Of a stretch of 64,000 nt of DNA, positions 62,217-64,000 are shown piece by piece. Each line of letters begins with the position of its first letter. Positions within the stretch are counted from its first letter, which is position 1. The position numbers and the translations under genes are program-made. Below the pieces are notes generated by a model. It saw nothing but the letters and a program-made list of their open reading frames with translations, was not told the DNA's origin and ran no database searches. The stretch comes from Eledone cirrhosa (Eukaryota), in contig OZ024748.1 in the NCBI GenBank assembly GCA_964016885.1, positions 55,056,001-55,120,000 of the forward strand, in the 5' to 3' direction.

Positions 62217-62465
62217 CAGGGGTGCTGGAAGCATTTCTGAATTGGGGGAGGGGGAAATTTGGTCAATTTAGTTTTGGTGATTAGTTTAGCTGTTATCAAA
62301 TATCAACCAAGATATATAAAAATAACGACATGCGATAAACATGACATGTACATAAATTGTAGAGCATGTACAAATAGATGTGTTTTGGTAGTTTGGAGAT
62401 GAAAATATAATTATTGGTGGTGGTTGGGTGTGACCACCCTGGTCCCCCTAGTTCCACCACCCTTG
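62217..62465. mobile_element. Possible hAT MITE
   Basis: caggggtgctggaa / ttccaccacccttg imperfect TIRs; no TSD recognised. Confidence 0.4.
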
Positions 62466-62783
62466 TCACTATATTCTAATTTGTAGCAACGTTGTAGTGT
62501 TCAAGAGCAATATTGGACAGTGTTGTGTTTTGCTATAAAACACAATGTCTTCCTAAGAATTTGTGGTGAACCTGGTATAACGCTCGACATATCTTCAATA
62601 ACTTCTATTACATATGTAATATTTTCATACTCGTATCTAGATAATTTCATAAGAAAGGCTGCTTACAACTTTCAAATAAGTTTGACAACTATAAACAAAT
62701 TAGTAGTGATTTAATAATGTAGCTTTTTCATCATTCAGCTAGTAGCTGGAGCATAACTTAATAAAGGTTCTTCTATGAAGTTA

Positions 62784-62985
62784 CAAAGGTCGACTGAAAA
62801 GTTCGTTATCTGACCAAGGTACTCTCATGGAATGGCCAAATGGAGTTTATTTTTCAGCATAGTCCTTTGAAAGAAACAATACAGTAAGTTATTAACTAGA
62901 AGATTTGAAATTAATGCATGCAAGATTTCACAGCTTTAACATCACTCCTTCATAGTTAGCCGATTAAGTTTTAAGCCGTCCCTCG
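62784..62985. mobile_element. Mariner-derived MITE
   Basis: TA|caaaggtcgactgaaaagttc ... aagttttaagccgtccctcg|TA imperfect TIRs. Confidence 0.6.
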
Positions 62986-64000
62986 TATATATATCGTACG
63001 AATCTCACAAAGACAAAAACAGACGTTCGATTATATAATTCGATATTCCATAAATATAGGAAAAACATAGTCACAGCTAAAAAACTATTGATTACAGGAG
63101 GACAGCTCGATCATAATTGACCTGGTGCTAAACAGTAACAACTATAAAAACAACATGGTGTTTAAGACAGTGAGGGAACATATATGTGGTTACTCAATCT
63201 GCTAGGAATAGAAGCCAAATCTCCAAATCATAAAATACCTTCTTAGAAGAAAAGAATAACAAAAACAAAACAACAAAAAAACAACAACAAAAATTTCAAT
63301 AATGTGATTTTGAGTTCATAGTTCATAGGAAAAATTTGAAATAGTCACTGTTAGATAGCCATTGAGACTGACCTGACTTGGGGCTAAACATCTACCTCAA
63401 TAACAACAATGACAACAACACGTCTGTTAACACAATAAACACAATCAAACAAAAAAACTAAAACTCATTGTTTGGTGGCATACCTGAAAATTGATTATAA
63501 AGCTTTCACGAATATATTTCTTTAACAAATTTATTAAAGTTACTCTCATTCAAATGACATTTCAAATAAAGAGAAGTTTTCACTTTACAAACTTTTCTAT
63601 TATAAATTTTCCATTGTTTGGGAATCCAGAATAACTTTTTGACTGTTTTCTCGAAATTCCAAACTTCTATTTAGTTTTCTATTTAATATTAATATTTTCT
63701 TTGTATATATTTCTTTTCCACCACCCACTCTCTATCTACGCATAAATACACACACGTATACATACATACATACAGACACACACTCACATATATATATATG
63801 TGTATGTATATATACGTATATGCATATATATAGGTAGCTCATTCTACACAAAGCCATATTTTTTTACGTATTTATGAATATATGTATGTGTCCGTGTGTG
63901 TGTGTGCATGTGTTTATACACACACAAATTCATATACATAAACCCATGCACACACAGATACACACACACACACATATATATGAGTGTATATGTACACATA

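Overview
AT-rich eukaryotic (metazoan) genomic DNA, very probably a cephalopod (Octopus-like), inferred from the extreme (TA)n/(CA)n/(GA)n microsatellite load and two abundant tRNA-derived SINE families. Almost all ORFs in the supplied track are microsatellite artefacts. Supportable content: about 20 copies of one SINE and several of a second; an internally deleted Chapaev3-type DNA transposon with TIRs and a TAA TSD (17305-19037); a non-autonomous Helitron; hAT and Tc1/mariner MITEs; RTE-clade LINE 3' ends, one with a twin-priming-like inversion; a Penelope-like (PLE) GIY-YIG remnant; a probable 3' LTR; a 12 x 67-bp minisatellite; a 200-N gap; and two phase-compatible candidate exons of a minus-strand gene for a possibly secreted or membrane protein (55501-55676, 45935-46038). 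The most striking signal is a dense set of short, mostly unrelated, non-coding modules embedded in (TA)n tracts. Many are long palindromes, and many carry minimal type-I hammerhead ribozyme motifs (CTGANGA...GAAA...UH) with self-complementary stem-III segments. Five loci have intact cores and several more are decayed. This fits microsatellite-targeting Penelope pLTR or retrozyme-like elements. All calls were made by eye and need computational confirmation.
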